A stretch of DNA of 64,000 nucleotides from the NCBI GenBank assembly GCA_037445065.1, contig JBBILD010000005.1, forward strand, positions 64,001-128,000. The letters are read 5' to 3'. Position numbers and translations under genes: made by a program. This document shows positions 8,616 through 18,148 of the stretch, piece after piece (the first letter of the stretch is position 1; each line of letters opens with the position of its first letter). The stretch is from Myxococcales bacterium. Lineage in GTDB: Bacteria > Desulfobacterota > Binatia > HRBIN30. The notes beneath the pieces were generated by a model. The model was not told where the DNA came from. It searched no databases and was given only the letters and a program-made list of their open reading frames with translations.

Positions 8616-9995
8616 TCACAAGACAGCCCCCATCTGTTCCAAGAAGGTTGGCAACAAGTCCACCAGCCGTTTCTCTCCCGTGTAACCGGTTACCACCGGA
8701 TCCGGTGCGCGGTACGCGTAGAAGCCGAGCGGGTGGTGATTGGCTCGGTCATAACCCAAATCGTTCTCTCGGCTCCAAAGCATACCGTCGCGAAAGGTGC
8801 CAAAGACGCGGCAGCGCAGCTCGTCTACGTACACAAACAGGTCAGGAGGAAAGCCCGTTACGTCCCGATACCTCTCTTCAGCGCTCCAGGCTTCTACGGC
8901 CAGGAGGTTTCCCTCGTCGTCGCGCAAAGTTGTCTGCAAGCCGCTCACAATTTCCCGCCGCAAGCGCGACAGATCTGCAGGATTTAGCCATCCGTCCGGC
9001 TCGCGCCCTCGCACGTTAAAGTACAGCCGACCGACATACCCTCCCTCCGCCCAGGCCACAGTGTGGCGCCAATCCACCGCGTTCGGATGCAATCCCGACC
9101 CTGGCTCAGGTGCCTCGCGCAAGCGCAGGTAGCCGTAACGAACCAACCATTCGTTCAAGAATACCCCACCGCGAAGCGGCTGCGCGCCGTGATCGGATAC
9201 GAGCCACAGATGAAAGTCTTCACCCAGCGTGTCCAACAGTAAGCCGAGTTCTTCATCGAGAAAGTGGTAAAAATCGCGGACCACCGAGCCACAATCAGCC
9301 TGTGCTCCGTCGCTGCCCACCCCCCAGAACATGTGATGCAGGCGGTCGGTCGCGATCTCGACCATCGCCACGACATCGAAACGACCCTGGGCTACAAGAT
9401 CCCGCGCGACCCGAAATCGAGCTTCGGTCATTTGTCGCAGCCACACCAGCCCCTGTTCTGGATCGCAGCGGCGAAAGTCGGGCAAATCAAACTGATAACT
9501 CGGAGCCAACGCGCGGATGCGCTCGCCTAGCTCCGGAGGATTCGTGAACGCTGCCGCTTGCGGCGGCGTAAGAAAGCAGCTCACCGCACAGCCGCGAACC
9601 GGCGGGGGCGGGTAGGAGGGAGGAATAGCGAGAAGCAGGCTCTCAGCACCCCGTTGTGCAGCGTGGTGCCACAGCATCGCTGGGGGCAACAGTTGCGAAT
9701 GCACGAGGCGCTGCTGCGCTGGGTGCGAACCAAACCGGTAGCGGAAACCATAGAGCCCCAGTTCCCCTGGGTCTTTGCCGCTGAACAAGCACGCCCATGC
9801 GGGAACAGTGATCGGGGGATCGCAGCTGCGCAGCTCCCCGAACGTGGCGCTCTGAAACACGCGGGCGAGGTTGGGAAACTCGTCGCGAGACCGAAGCAAC
9901 CATGGCCCCGGGGTTCCATCCAGGCCGATGATTACCAGCGGGCGTTTTTTCCTTGCCCCGCAGGCGGCCGAACCGGGCCGCCAGCCATCACTCAC
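8616..9995 (-). CDS. Alkaline phosphatase / type I phosphodiesterase (nucleotide pyrophosphatase) family protein
   Basis: IIGLDG, PPITVPAW (Thr nucleophile position), DRLHH, VSDHG and C-terminal ANHH motifs. GTG at 9995 overlaps the upstream TGA; the ORF-track extension to 10238 overlaps the next gene. Confidence 0.85.
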   Translation of the reverse strand: MSDGWRPGSAACGARKKRPLVIIGLDGTPGPWLLRSRDEFPNLARVFQSATFGELRSCDPPITVPAWACLFSGKDPGELGLYGFRYRFGSHPAQQRLVHSQLLPPAMLWHHAAQRGAESLLLAIPPSYPPPPVRGCAVSCFLTPPQAAAFTNPPELGERIRALAPSYQFDLPDFRRCDPEQGLVWLRQMTEARFRVARDLVAQGRFDVVAMVEIATDRLHHMFWGVGSDGAQADCGSVVRDFYHFLDEELGLLLDTLGEDFHLWLVSDHGAQPLRGGVFLNEWLVRYGYLRLREAPEPGSGLHPNAVDWRHTVAWAEGGYVGRLYFNVRGREPDGWLNPADLSRLRREIVSGLQTTLRDDEGNLLAVEAWSAEERYRDVTGFPPDLFVYVDELRCRVFGTFRDGMLWSRENDLGYDRANHHPLGFYAYRAPDPVVTGYTGEKRLVDLLPTFLEQMGAVL

Positions 9996-11257
9996 AACTT
10001 GCACAGCCAGGTCCAGAATTCCTTGTTGTACCGGTCTGGATTCCTCGCCAAGCGCACGCGGAACGAGAGTACCAAATCGTCCCAGATGCCCCCGAGCGCC
10101 ACTCCCTGGTAGACGAGCGTAGCGGGCCATTTGAGGCGCAGGTTCCACTGATTCGGCACACCGCGGTAGACCCAGTCCTTGTCGCGGGTAAAGTCCACAA
10201 CCCAGTCCCCACCATGAGGCCCATCCACAACCCACCAAGTTACGATGTTCACCCGTTTGGCAATGCTCGGGTCTGCGCTCAGCAACTCGGTAAAATAATT
10301 GTGAAACCGGTCGTACAGGTCGGCCGGCGCAGCGGGCTCAGCAGCGTAACGCTCCCGAATTTCCGACTCGTGTTGGGCGCTGAGTCGCTCGATCATCTCC
10401 ATGCGCCGGCTCCAATCCGGCGCGGGCTTGTACCGGCGAAGCGTCCCGTCAGGCTGCCAAACGTCACCTGGATTCATTTGCAAGCCCTGAACCTCGGGCG
10501 CCTGAACGGCAAGCCGTTCGATCGCCTCGGCAGGCGTGTTTACGTAATTTGGTGTGTTGAGAAACAGTTGCTCGGGGGCCAGCAAAGCGTAATTGCCGGC
10601 GGCAGGCACAGCCTGTTTGGCGCGCAACAAGCGCGCCCACGAAACAAATTCGTCCAAGTGGGCTTCTTTCGAGGCCAACCATCGCTCGATTTTGGAAGCA
10701 AGAGGAAACTCGAAGCAACCTGGGTACTGCGAAGCTCCAGTGAAAGTGAGAAAGGCGAGGTCAATGTTTTCCTCGCGGCCCAATCGCTCCAGGGTTGCGT
10801 CGTCCAAGTGGCAGTCGTTGACATTGAGGACGGTGTTGTCACGGTCCTTGACCAAAATGGCACTGTCGTCCCAAGGCCGGTCCGGCGGGATGAGCCGCAC
10901 AGTTAGGCCGCTGCCGTTGAGAGGAAATGTCTCGCCAAAAGGGAGTTCCCGAATCTTGGTGAAGCCCAGGTCGCGAATGCGTTGGGCAAAACGGCGCCGC
11001 CGGTACTGGGCAATGAGTATGGTGGCCGACTTGTCGAGCTGAGCAAGTGTCTGCGGATCGAAGTGGTCGGCGTGTTCGTGGGAAATGTAAATGTAATCGA
11101 TTTTGCCCAGGTCTTTGGGCCCAATCTCCAGCGGCGGGAAGTGCCACCACGCGTTGTGGTACGCCGGGTCGGTTAGCCACGGGTCCATCAGAATCCGAGT
11201 TCCACCCGACTCCATGATCATGCAAGCATGTCCGATGTACGTGACCGAAATTGCCAT
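9992..11257 (-). CDS. Metallo-beta-lactamase-fold protein (UlaG/CMAH-like) with C-terminal SCP2-like extension
   Basis: YIGHAC, ILMDPWL, ISHEHADHFD (HxHxDH), DSAIL and NVNDC motifs; RBS AAGGAGG. Confidence 0.8.
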   Translation of the reverse strand: MAISVTYIGHACMIMESGGTRILMDPWLTDPAYHNAWWHFPPLEIGPKDLGKIDYIYISHEHADHFDPQTLAQLDKSATILIAQYRRRRFAQRIRDLGFTKIRELPFGETFPLNGSGLTVRLIPPDRPWDDSAILVKDRDNTVLNVNDCHLDDATLERLGREENIDLAFLTFTGASQYPGCFEFPLASKIERWLASKEAHLDEFVSWARLLRAKQAVPAAGNYALLAPEQLFLNTPNYVNTPAEAIERLAVQAPEVQGLQMNPGDVWQPDGTLRRYKPAPDWSRRMEMIERLSAQHESEIRERYAAEPAAPADLYDRFHNYFTELLSADPSIAKRVNIVTWWVVDGPHGGDWVVDFTRDKDWVYRGVPNQWNLRLKWPATLVYQGVALGGIWDDLVLSFRVRLARNPDRYNKEFWTWLCKL

Positions 11258-11266
11258 TGCTCCTCC

Positions 11267-12427
11267 TTACGCCGCCGCTGTCTGAAGTGTTTTGTGAACC
11301 CCCCGGCGCGCAGCCCAGTCGCAGTAAATCTCCTCCATCTTCTTCACCATCGCGTGCGCGGAAAATTTTTTCTCGACCACCTCCCGACCCAGCCGCCCCA
11401 TTTCCCGCCCGCGGTCGGGCCGGTCCAAAATCGCTTCGATGCCTCGCGCGAGCTTTGCCGAGTCCTTGGGAGGAACCAGCAACCCCGTGCTGCCCGCCAC
11501 GACAACCTCACCAGTGCCCCCTACGTCAGTTGCCACCACCGGCAACTCCATCGCCATGGCTTCGAGTAAAGCATTGGACATGCCCTCGTCGTGCGAGGAG
11601 AGCACGTACACATCGAAGGCCGACAAAACCTCAGGCATGTCCCGTCTGCGGCCGGTCAAGGTCACGTGTCCCTTGAGTCCCAAGTCGCGAATGCAGGTTT
11701 CCAGCTCGCCGCTTTCCGACACCTCGCCCACAATCATTCCGTGGACTTGCGGCCAGTGCTGGCGAACTGCCGCAATTGCCTCCAAGAATTCGACCACACC
11801 CTTCCGAATTCGCTGGCGGGTCACCGTCCCAATCACAATCCGATCGGCCCCGACCCCGAGGCGGGTCTTGTAATCCCCCGCAGGTAAGGGCCGAAACCGT
11901 CGCGTATCGATCCCGCTCGGGACAACGAACATCTTCTCCTTCGGGCACCCTTCGTGCTCATGAACAAAGTCGCGCACGGCCTCCGCATTCACCATCACCT
12001 GGTCTGCGAGGGCATTGGCAATTCTTGCCGCAAGCAACTCCGATCCGTGCAGCTCATGGCAACCGCGCGTACTGCAAAATACTACCGGTACCCGTGCCAA
12101 ACGCGCGGAAAGGGCGCCCACAAAGTTCGCGCGCAACAAGTATGCGTGAACCAGGTCGGGCTGCAGGCGGCGTAGCAGGACACTCGTGCCCGCCACTCGC
12201 CTTGCCAAACCGAAGCCTCGGAAACCGGCCCCCTTTGCAGGCGAGTAAATGGGCACGTCGAGCGCACGGACGTCTTCGAGCAGCGCGCCGCGACCACTCA
12301 GGCAGAGGAGCATCGGCTCGAAGCGCTGGCGATCGAGCAAGCGGAGTACTTGACACAAGTGGGTTTGGCTTCCACCCACCACCATCTCGTTAATGACGAA
12401 GGCGATCCGAAGCCGACCTGTGCTCAT
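11267..12427 (-). CDS. GT4 glycosyltransferase
   Basis: GGSQTH, VVPSGID and DEGMSNALLEAMAMELPVVATDVGG motifs. Confidence 0.92.
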   Translation of the reverse strand: MSTGRLRIAFVINEMVVGGSQTHLCQVLRLLDRQRFEPMLLCLSGRGALLEDVRALDVPIYSPAKGAGFRGFGLARRVAGTSVLLRRLQPDLVHAYLLRANFVGALSARLARVPVVFCSTRGCHELHGSELLAARIANALADQVMVNAEAVRDFVHEHEGCPKEKMFVVPSGIDTRRFRPLPAGDYKTRLGVGADRIVIGTVTRQRIRKGVVEFLEAIAAVRQHWPQVHGMIVGEVSESGELETCIRDLGLKGHVTLTGRRRDMPEVLSAFDVYVLSSHDEGMSNALLEAMAMELPVVATDVGGTGEVVVAGSTGLLVPPKDSAKLARGIEAILDRPDRGREMGRLGREVVEKKFSAHAMVKKMEEIYCDWAARRGVHKTLQTAAA

Positions 12428-12442
12428 CCCCACCGCTTCCCT

Positions 12443-15400
12443 TCAGAATGGCAACTGATGATAGCCCAGATCGACAGCACCCAGATCGGGCGTGCCGTTT
12501 GCCAGACTCGACCGCCCCCAAAGACCCAACTCCAACAACCCTCCGACACCCGCATCAACAGCCGGACTGCCTGGCAGCAACAGGTAGGCGACGCGAGCAG
12601 CGCAACCGACATCTCCCCACACGCATACAAATTGCGGCTCCGCCGAGATATCGAGTGGCAAGGTTTCCGCCTGACGCGAATAACCATCTGCGTTCAGGTT
12701 GGCTCCCCAAGGAACGAGGCGGCGACTACCCGCGAACAGAAACACTCCGGCGCCGTTGCGGGCCATGATATTGTTTGAAATCCGTAAGGACACAGCGGCT
12801 CGGTTCCGATCGACCGCTTGCACTGCACCTGCCCCGTTATCGGCAATCGTGTTGTTCAACAGTCGTATTAAAGAACCGCGGCGCCGAGCAGTCACGCGAA
12901 CTCCCCAGCCAGCGATGCCGCAAATCCGATTATTGATCAAGTCGGTGCGCTCGGCAGCGGAGACAATACCGTCGCCGGCTCCCGTGCAGACGGTACTGTC
13001 ACGCAGAGTAAAGCGGCGCGCTGCGGCGAGAACTCGGACCGCGGCCCTGTCGCTGTTCCGTAACTCCAAACCCTGCAGCGTGGCAGGTCCGAGGATCGTC
13101 AACCCTGGTGTGCCTCCGAAGTCGAACACCACAGCCCCGGCCGGCTGGGAGGTCAAGGCGCCACTCCGGTCACCGTAGATCAGCCACTCCGTCGCCGGAC
13201 TTCTAGCCCCACCGATGCGAAGAGACCCGACTCGATACGTCCCGGGTGCAATGACGGCCAACGATCTCCCCGAACCCCGCTCCAAGGCCGCAGCCAGGCT
13301 TCGGAAGGCGGAGGTGGGCGATCGCCCATCATTGCGGTCGTCGCCATCTGAGCGTACGAAGACTACCGTATCAGGTGGGATCGGATCCGAGCCAACGGGG
13401 TAGTGAAAGCCCGCATCAATCGCCCCCAAATCCGGAAAGCCCATCTCCGATGTGGTTCCAGCTGCCATCGCGTGTGCCTCGCCAGGGTCGAGATCCACGG
13501 CCGGGCTGACCACCTTAGCGGGCAGTTGTTGCAGCCGAAAATTGTCATCGGCAAATCCCGTGCTTCCCAAGACGGCGTCTTCTCCGGCTGGGTTCACGAA
13601 TAATGGATCGGCAACCAGATCCGAAGCGGAACGCGGCGTCGAGGCCGCGAAAGGAGTGGGACCGAACACCACGTTGAACCGGCTCACGTAGCCCGTCAGA
13701 GAGTTCGTTTCGACTTTGATTTGTGTTTGATTGGCGGCCACAATGTTTCTCTCGACCACTGTATCCGGAGCCGCACCATCAGCGCTGTTGACTCCCACCA
13801 GAATCCCGATGGCACCGTTTCCATACACCGTGTTGTTGGTCACCGTGGAGCCACGGCTCGCCTGCAACTGGATGCCTCCGGTGCCGTTCGCGTACACAAG
13901 GTTGTTCCGAATGGTCACGCTGTTGGCACCGTTGACCTCGATGCCTCGGCGCTCGTTCGAGAACACAACGTTATCAGCCACCAGCGCTCCGTCGGCGCCA
14001 GCGCGTATTTGAATCGCTGCGGTGCGCGCCCCGGTGACCGCGAAACCGCGCAGAGTCACCGGGCCGCCATTCACGATCACGAACCCCGTATCGAAGCCAC
14101 CCGCATCGATGAGAACCGGTCCGGGCGGATCACCAGTAAGCTCGCCTGTTGGATCTGCCACGAACGCCACGCGCCCACTAAAGTTTTTGATTCGGATATC
14201 CCCCTCACGGTACCGTCCCGGACCGACCACTATGGTCGTTCCCGCCACCGCGCGCTCGGTCAAGCTCCGGAGCGAAGCCACGGCGCTCTCCGGTGTGCGG
14301 CCATCCGCCGTGGCCGAACCCACCTCACGAACGAAGAGCGGCATGAAGGGGATGTTCAACCGAGCCTGTTGGCTGTCCGCCCCCCCGTAGTGAAAGCCCA
14401 CATCCACTCGACCGGTATCCAGCGTCCCGTCGGCCGAAGTGGACCCACCAATGCCAATAACCTCTGCATCGTCAGACCCCGCGTCCACGCCCGGACTGTC
14501 GGAGGGATGCCCGCTGCGGCGCTGCTGCAAGTGGAAATCGTCGTCGGCAAAGCCCAGGCCGCCCAGGATCCCATCAGGCCCTGCAGGGGAGACAAACAAT
14601 GGCTGCTCGAGGAGATCGAAGTCGTTGCGGCGAGTCTCCATCACATAGCCGTCCGGGTTCACGTTGAAGCCAGCAACGAAGTTGTCCATGGCTGAACGGG
14701 CTACTGCCATACCACCACCTACGTTTCCGGCGAAGATGTTGTTGAGGACCATGCCTCCTTCGATGCGGCCGGCCTCCGGCCCGTCGATCCGCAACCCGCG
14801 CAACTGGTTTGCATATACCGTGTTGAAGCTCACGACCGTGCGCACGCTCCATTCGCCACCGCTGCCGACTTCGATGCCCTCCCCTGCGTTGCCGTAAATC
14901 AAGTTGTTCCACACACGCACATCTTCGGTGGCACGCAATACAATTCCAGACTGGCCGTTACTCAGCACGCGGTTGTTTCCAACCTCTCCGCCACGCAGAG
15001 AGCGCAGAAACACACCGCTCGCGCCTGCCGATCGAACAATGTTCCGCTGCACAAACGCCGGCGTCGAGCCTGTACCTTCGATGACAATACCGCCTCCCAG
15101 ACCGCTTTCATGAACCTCGTTTTCCGCCACCGTGACGGTGCCTGAGGAAAACACTCGAACGCCGCCTTTCCCTGCACGCTCGATGCGGTTGCGCCGCACC
15201 CGCACCGAGCGAGTCGTGCGATCCGTCGCTGTCCTGACGGCGATGCCATACCCTTGCGGCAAGGAACGCAAGATTGACTTGCGCACCTCCGCCCGGGCGA
15301 CACTCCGGACAATAATGGCATCGTTCTGACTCACGTTGCTGATCTCGTTGCCGACGAGTCGCGCAGCTAGCGCGCTGCTCAGCACGATTCCTCCGGCAGG

Positions 15401-16756
15401 AAAATCGCTCACCCGGTTGCCCAGAAGGCGGAACAGACTGCGATCTGGGTTCCCTTCCACGGAGATGCCGACAGAGGAAGTCCCGCCGCTGACTCGGTTT
15501 CCAATCAGCGAGACCTCTTCCACGTCAACGATCCGCACTCCCGTGCCTCGTGTGGCGTTCACCTCATTGGCACGCACAACACTCCTGCCAGCATTCTCGA
15601 TCCGGATCCCGTTCGACCCGCAGGTGGCGATCCTGCTCGTTTGCAGGACAACGCTCGGCATCCCGGTCACAGCTAAGCAATCCGCCGCAGCGTCGCGAAT
15701 CTCATTCCCCTCCATCTCAACTCCGGCGAAACTTCCAACGTTAACGCCCCTTACGACCAAGCCAGCTGCAGCGGAGCGCTGCACCGAGTTCCCTTTGACC
15801 GTCACCCCGCCGGCAGCGCTCACCAGGATCCCGCTTTTGCCGTTGTCGGCGACCGTGTTGCCTTCTAAGCGCACATCGGTCACCAAGTCCTGGACCTGGG
15901 TCGGGTCCGGAGGGCCAATCTGAAGCCCCTCCTCGCGGTTCCTGGACAATTCAGACTTCAGGATGCTCACCTGCCGCGCCGCACGCACTCGCACTCCCTG
16001 GCCGCTACTCCCCACGACGCGACTGTCCTCCAACGACAACCTCTGCACTCCGGTCACCGCGACCCCCTGCGCCCCGCTTCCCTCCACACGGGAACCTAAG
16101 AATGTAACGGCGGTGTTCTCCCCATCGCCTTGCACGTTGATTCCCGTGCTCCCACTCCCCGAGACTGTGCAGCGTGCAATGGTCACCGCGCCACCGGCCG
16201 TGACGTCGAGGCCGCGTTTGGGTGCCTGCGCAACCGTTAACTCGAATAAGCCGATATCGCTGCTCGGCACCCCGTCACGGTCACTTCGCACTTGGACCGC
16301 AGCGTCACTGCCGCCGCGAATCTCGAAACCTCGGATCTCCACAAAACGTTTTCCCAACAACAAAAAGCCAGCGGCGTGCTCGGGCTGAGGGATGAGGCGC
16401 ACAGGGCCCGCAGAGTCGCCGGTGCGGGCGCCGCTTGTATCCGCCACGAACACCACCGGCCTGCCCGCAATTCCGCTGCGCGCCGGCGCGACGTCTCCTT
16501 CGAAGTACTCACCGGGACCGACCACCACGGTGTCGCCCGGGTTCTGCACCCGCTGGGCAGCAACACGAATGGAGCGCACCGCGGTTGCCGGACTCAAACC
16601 GTCCTGCTCATCATTGCCCGAGCTGCGCACATAGAACGTGGCCGCCGACGCACTGCCCGCCAGCAGGCAAACGACCAGCAAAGCGACGAGGCCGAGTAAC
16701 CTTCGCGTACGCCGGACCCCTTTTCCTGCCCGCCCACTCGTTCGCGAACGGTGCAA
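12443..16756 (-). CDS. Large secreted right-handed parallel beta-helix protein (~1437 aa, three tandem modules)
   Basis: Signal peptide (RRTRRLLGLVALLVVCLLAGSASA/A), abundant xxNxIxxNxxxGI repeats, and three DUF1565-like FVRxxGxDxxDGxSPxxA starts. The in-frame TTG at 16756 has AGGA upstream; the ORF-track start at 16882 overlaps the DUF5989 gene. Confidence 0.85.
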   Translation of the reverse strand: MHRSRTSGRAGKGVRRTRRLLGLVALLVVCLLAGSASAATFYVRSSGNDEQDGLSPATAVRSIRVAAQRVQNPGDTVVVGPGEYFEGDVAPARSGIAGRPVVFVADTSGARTGDSAGPVRLIPQPEHAAGFLLLGKRFVEIRGFEIRGGSDAAVQVRSDRDGVPSSDIGLFELTVAQAPKRGLDVTAGGAVTIARCTVSGSGSTGINVQGDGENTAVTFLGSRVEGSGAQGVAVTGVQRLSLEDSRVVGSSGQGVRVRAARQVSILKSELSRNREEGLQIGPPDPTQVQDLVTDVRLEGNTVADNGKSGILVSAAGGVTVKGNSVQRSAAAGLVVRGVNVGSFAGVEMEGNEIRDAAADCLAVTGMPSVVLQTSRIATCGSNGIRIENAGRSVVRANEVNATRGTGVRIVDVEEVSLIGNRVSGGTSSVGISVEGNPDRSLFRLLGNRVSDFPAGGIVLSSALAARLVGNEISNVSQNDAIIVRSVARAEVRKSILRSLPQGYGIAVRTATDRTTRSVRVRRNRIERAGKGGVRVFSSGTVTVAENEVHESGLGGGIVIEGTGSTPAFVQRNIVRSAGASGVFLRSLRGGEVGNNRVLSNGQSGIVLRATEDVRVWNNLIYGNAGEGIEVGSGGEWSVRTVVSFNTVYANQLRGLRIDGPEAGRIEGGMVLNNIFAGNVGGGMAVARSAMDNFVAGFNVNPDGYVMETRRNDFDLLEQPLFVSPAGPDGILGGLGFADDDFHLQQRRSGHPSDSPGVDAGSDDAEVIGIGGSTSADGTLDTGRVDVGFHYGGADSQQARLNIPFMPLFVREVGSATADGRTPESAVASLRSLTERAVAGTTIVVGPGRYREGDIRIKNFSGRVAFVADPTGELTGDPPGPVLIDAGGFDTGFVIVNGGPVTLRGFAVTGARTAAIQIRAGADGALVADNVVFSNERRGIEVNGANSVTIRNNLVYANGTGGIQLQASRGSTVTNNTVYGNGAIGILVGVNSADGAAPDTVVERNIVAANQTQIKVETNSLTGYVSRFNVVFGPTPFAASTPRSASDLVADPLFVNPAGEDAVLGSTGFADDNFRLQQLPAKVVSPAVDLDPGEAHAMAAGTTSEMGFPDLGAIDAGFHYPVGSDPIPPDTVVFVRSDGDDRNDGRSPTSAFRSLAAALERGSGRSLAVIAPGTYRVGSLRIGGARSPATEWLIYGDRSGALTSQPAGAVVFDFGGTPGLTILGPATLQGLELRNSDRAAVRVLAAARRFTLRDSTVCTGAGDGIVSAAERTDLINNRICGIAGWGVRVTARRRGSLIRLLNNTIADNGAGAVQAVDRNRAAVSLRISNNIMARNGAGVFLFAGSRRLVPWGANLNADGYSRQAETLPLDISAEPQFVCVWGDVGCAARVAYLLLPGSPAVDAGVGGLLELGLWGRSSLANGTPDLGAVDLGYHQLPF

Positions 16757-16764
16757 GAAACATC

Positions 16765-16944
16765 CTAAAACAAAGTGTAAATGAACGGGCCCAGAGCAGA
16801 GCTGTGCGCGGTGATCAACAACCCGCCAAAAGCGAGCAACACGACCACCATGGGAATCAGCCACCAAAGCTTTCGTTCCCAAAGAAAGCCAATGAGTTCC
16901 CCAGCGATTCCGAGCCGGCTTCTCAAACCCTCAGTCACCCTCAT
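16765..16944 (-). CDS. DUF5989 / SxtK-like small membrane protein (59 aa)
   Basis: MRVTEGLRSRLGIAGELIGFLWERKLWWLIPMVVVLLAFGGLLITAHSSALGPFIYTLF, with the hallmark RKxWWL...PFIYTLF; RBS GAAGGAG. Confidence 0.88.
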   Translation of the reverse strand: MRVTEGLRSRLGIAGELIGFLWERKLWWLIPMVVVLLAFGGLLITAHSSALGPFIYTLF

Positions 16945-16960
16945 GCCGCATTTCTCCTTC

Positions 16961-18148
16961 TTACATGCTCGCGGAATTTGCAAGAACGAAACGGGAAATT
17001 GCCTCCGCGGCGACAGCGTGCCCAGCGGCCGTGAAGTGCCCATCGTACGGAAAGTGCAAGGGATCACCTGAACGGGCATGTGCCTCACGAAATGAGGAGA
17101 GCAGCTCCAAGCAAGGCACTGCCGCCCGCCCGCACCATTCGAGGACCGCTTGCTGCGGCGCTTCCAGCGCCCATGGCCGCCCCTTCATCGAGGGATAGGT
17201 CTCCAGGATGCGCATCCAAGAGGTGGGATCCGTTTGCTCGCGACCGGGAATCACAACCACCGCGAAGCGACTGCCGCGCGCCACACTCTCCCGGTAGAAA
17301 GCATTGAGCAGCCGTTCTGTCCGCCCCCATGCGTCGCTCCACGGCTCGGACCACGGGGAAGCATATACGTCGTAATCCGCTGGATATGGCTGTCTCTCCA
17401 TTTTGGCCTGGTGGCCATTTCGGGGGACAATTCCAAGCCGGGCCAGCCACTCATTTCCGTTCGGGTGCGCCTGAACCAACCGTTGCCGCAAATAGGCGAG
17501 TAAGCGAAAGCGATCCGACCAGGACGTTCCGACCCGCGGCGGTTTGGCCGACACGACGCGTCGTAGATCTCCGCGCTCGTCGTACTCTGGGCGCAGAGTG
17601 TCCTCGAGCAGCGGGCTGTTGTTCTTGATGTCATTGCCAGGATAAAAGCTCAGAAGCACCCAATCGGGAGCGTATCGAAAGCCTTCTTCTCGAAACCACA
17701 GGTACTCGCTTGCGGTGCCCCACCCGCTCACGCCGGCGCACACCACCTCGAAGCGCGCTGCGCCATCCCGATCAGCACCGCCTTGGCCGTTCAGCAGCGC
17801 CTCCAAGCGCCGGCAAAACGTCTGTTCGAGTGGGACATGCATTGCTTCGACAAACGAGTCCCCGATCACCAGTACGCGCTGCACGCCGGGAGGCTTCTCC
17901 CAATCTCGCTCGACGTCCCGCCAGCCGCGCGAGTTGATCTGCACAGGCACAACAAACTCGCGCTCTTCTTGAGTCCACCACCCCCGCTTGCCTGGTACTA
18001 AACGCGCTCCAAGCAACGGGTCCGGCCGCCAAAACCGATCCGGCACCAGATGCAGGGTGCGGACCGCGATCTCCAGCATCGCTGTTGCAAGGAGCAGTCC
18101 CAACGCAACAGCAAGCAAGGCGAAGGCAAGATCGCGCAGGCGACTCAC
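16961..18148 (-). CDS. Membrane-anchored SGNH/GDSL hydrolase-family protein
   Basis: N-terminal TM and INSRGWRD, VIGDSF, GVSGWGT, YPGND and DGHF (DxH) motifs. GTGA overlap with the upstream stop. Confidence 0.88.
   Translation of the reverse strand: MSRLRDLAFALLAVALGLLLATAMLEIAVRTLHLVPDRFWRPDPLLGARLVPGKRGWWTQEEREFVVPVQINSRGWRDVERDWEKPPGVQRVLVIGDSFVEAMHVPLEQTFCRRLEALLNGQGGADRDGAARFEVVCAGVSGWGTASEYLWFREEGFRYAPDWVLLSFYPGNDIKNNSPLLEDTLRPEYDERGDLRRVVSAKPPRVGTSWSDRFRLLAYLRQRLVQAHPNGNEWLARLGIVPRNGHQAKMERQPYPADYDVYASPWSEPWSDAWGRTERLLNAFYRESVARGSRFAVVVIPGREQTDPTSWMRILETYPSMKGRPWALEAPQQAVLEWCGRAAVPCLELLSSFREAHARSGDPLHFPYDGHFTAAGHAVAAEAISRFVLANSASM

Noticed and set aside
12443..12520. PEP-CTERM or other sorting signal on the beta-helix protein
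   Set aside because: The C-terminus (DLGAVDLGYHQLPF) has no PEP motif, TM helix or basic tail.
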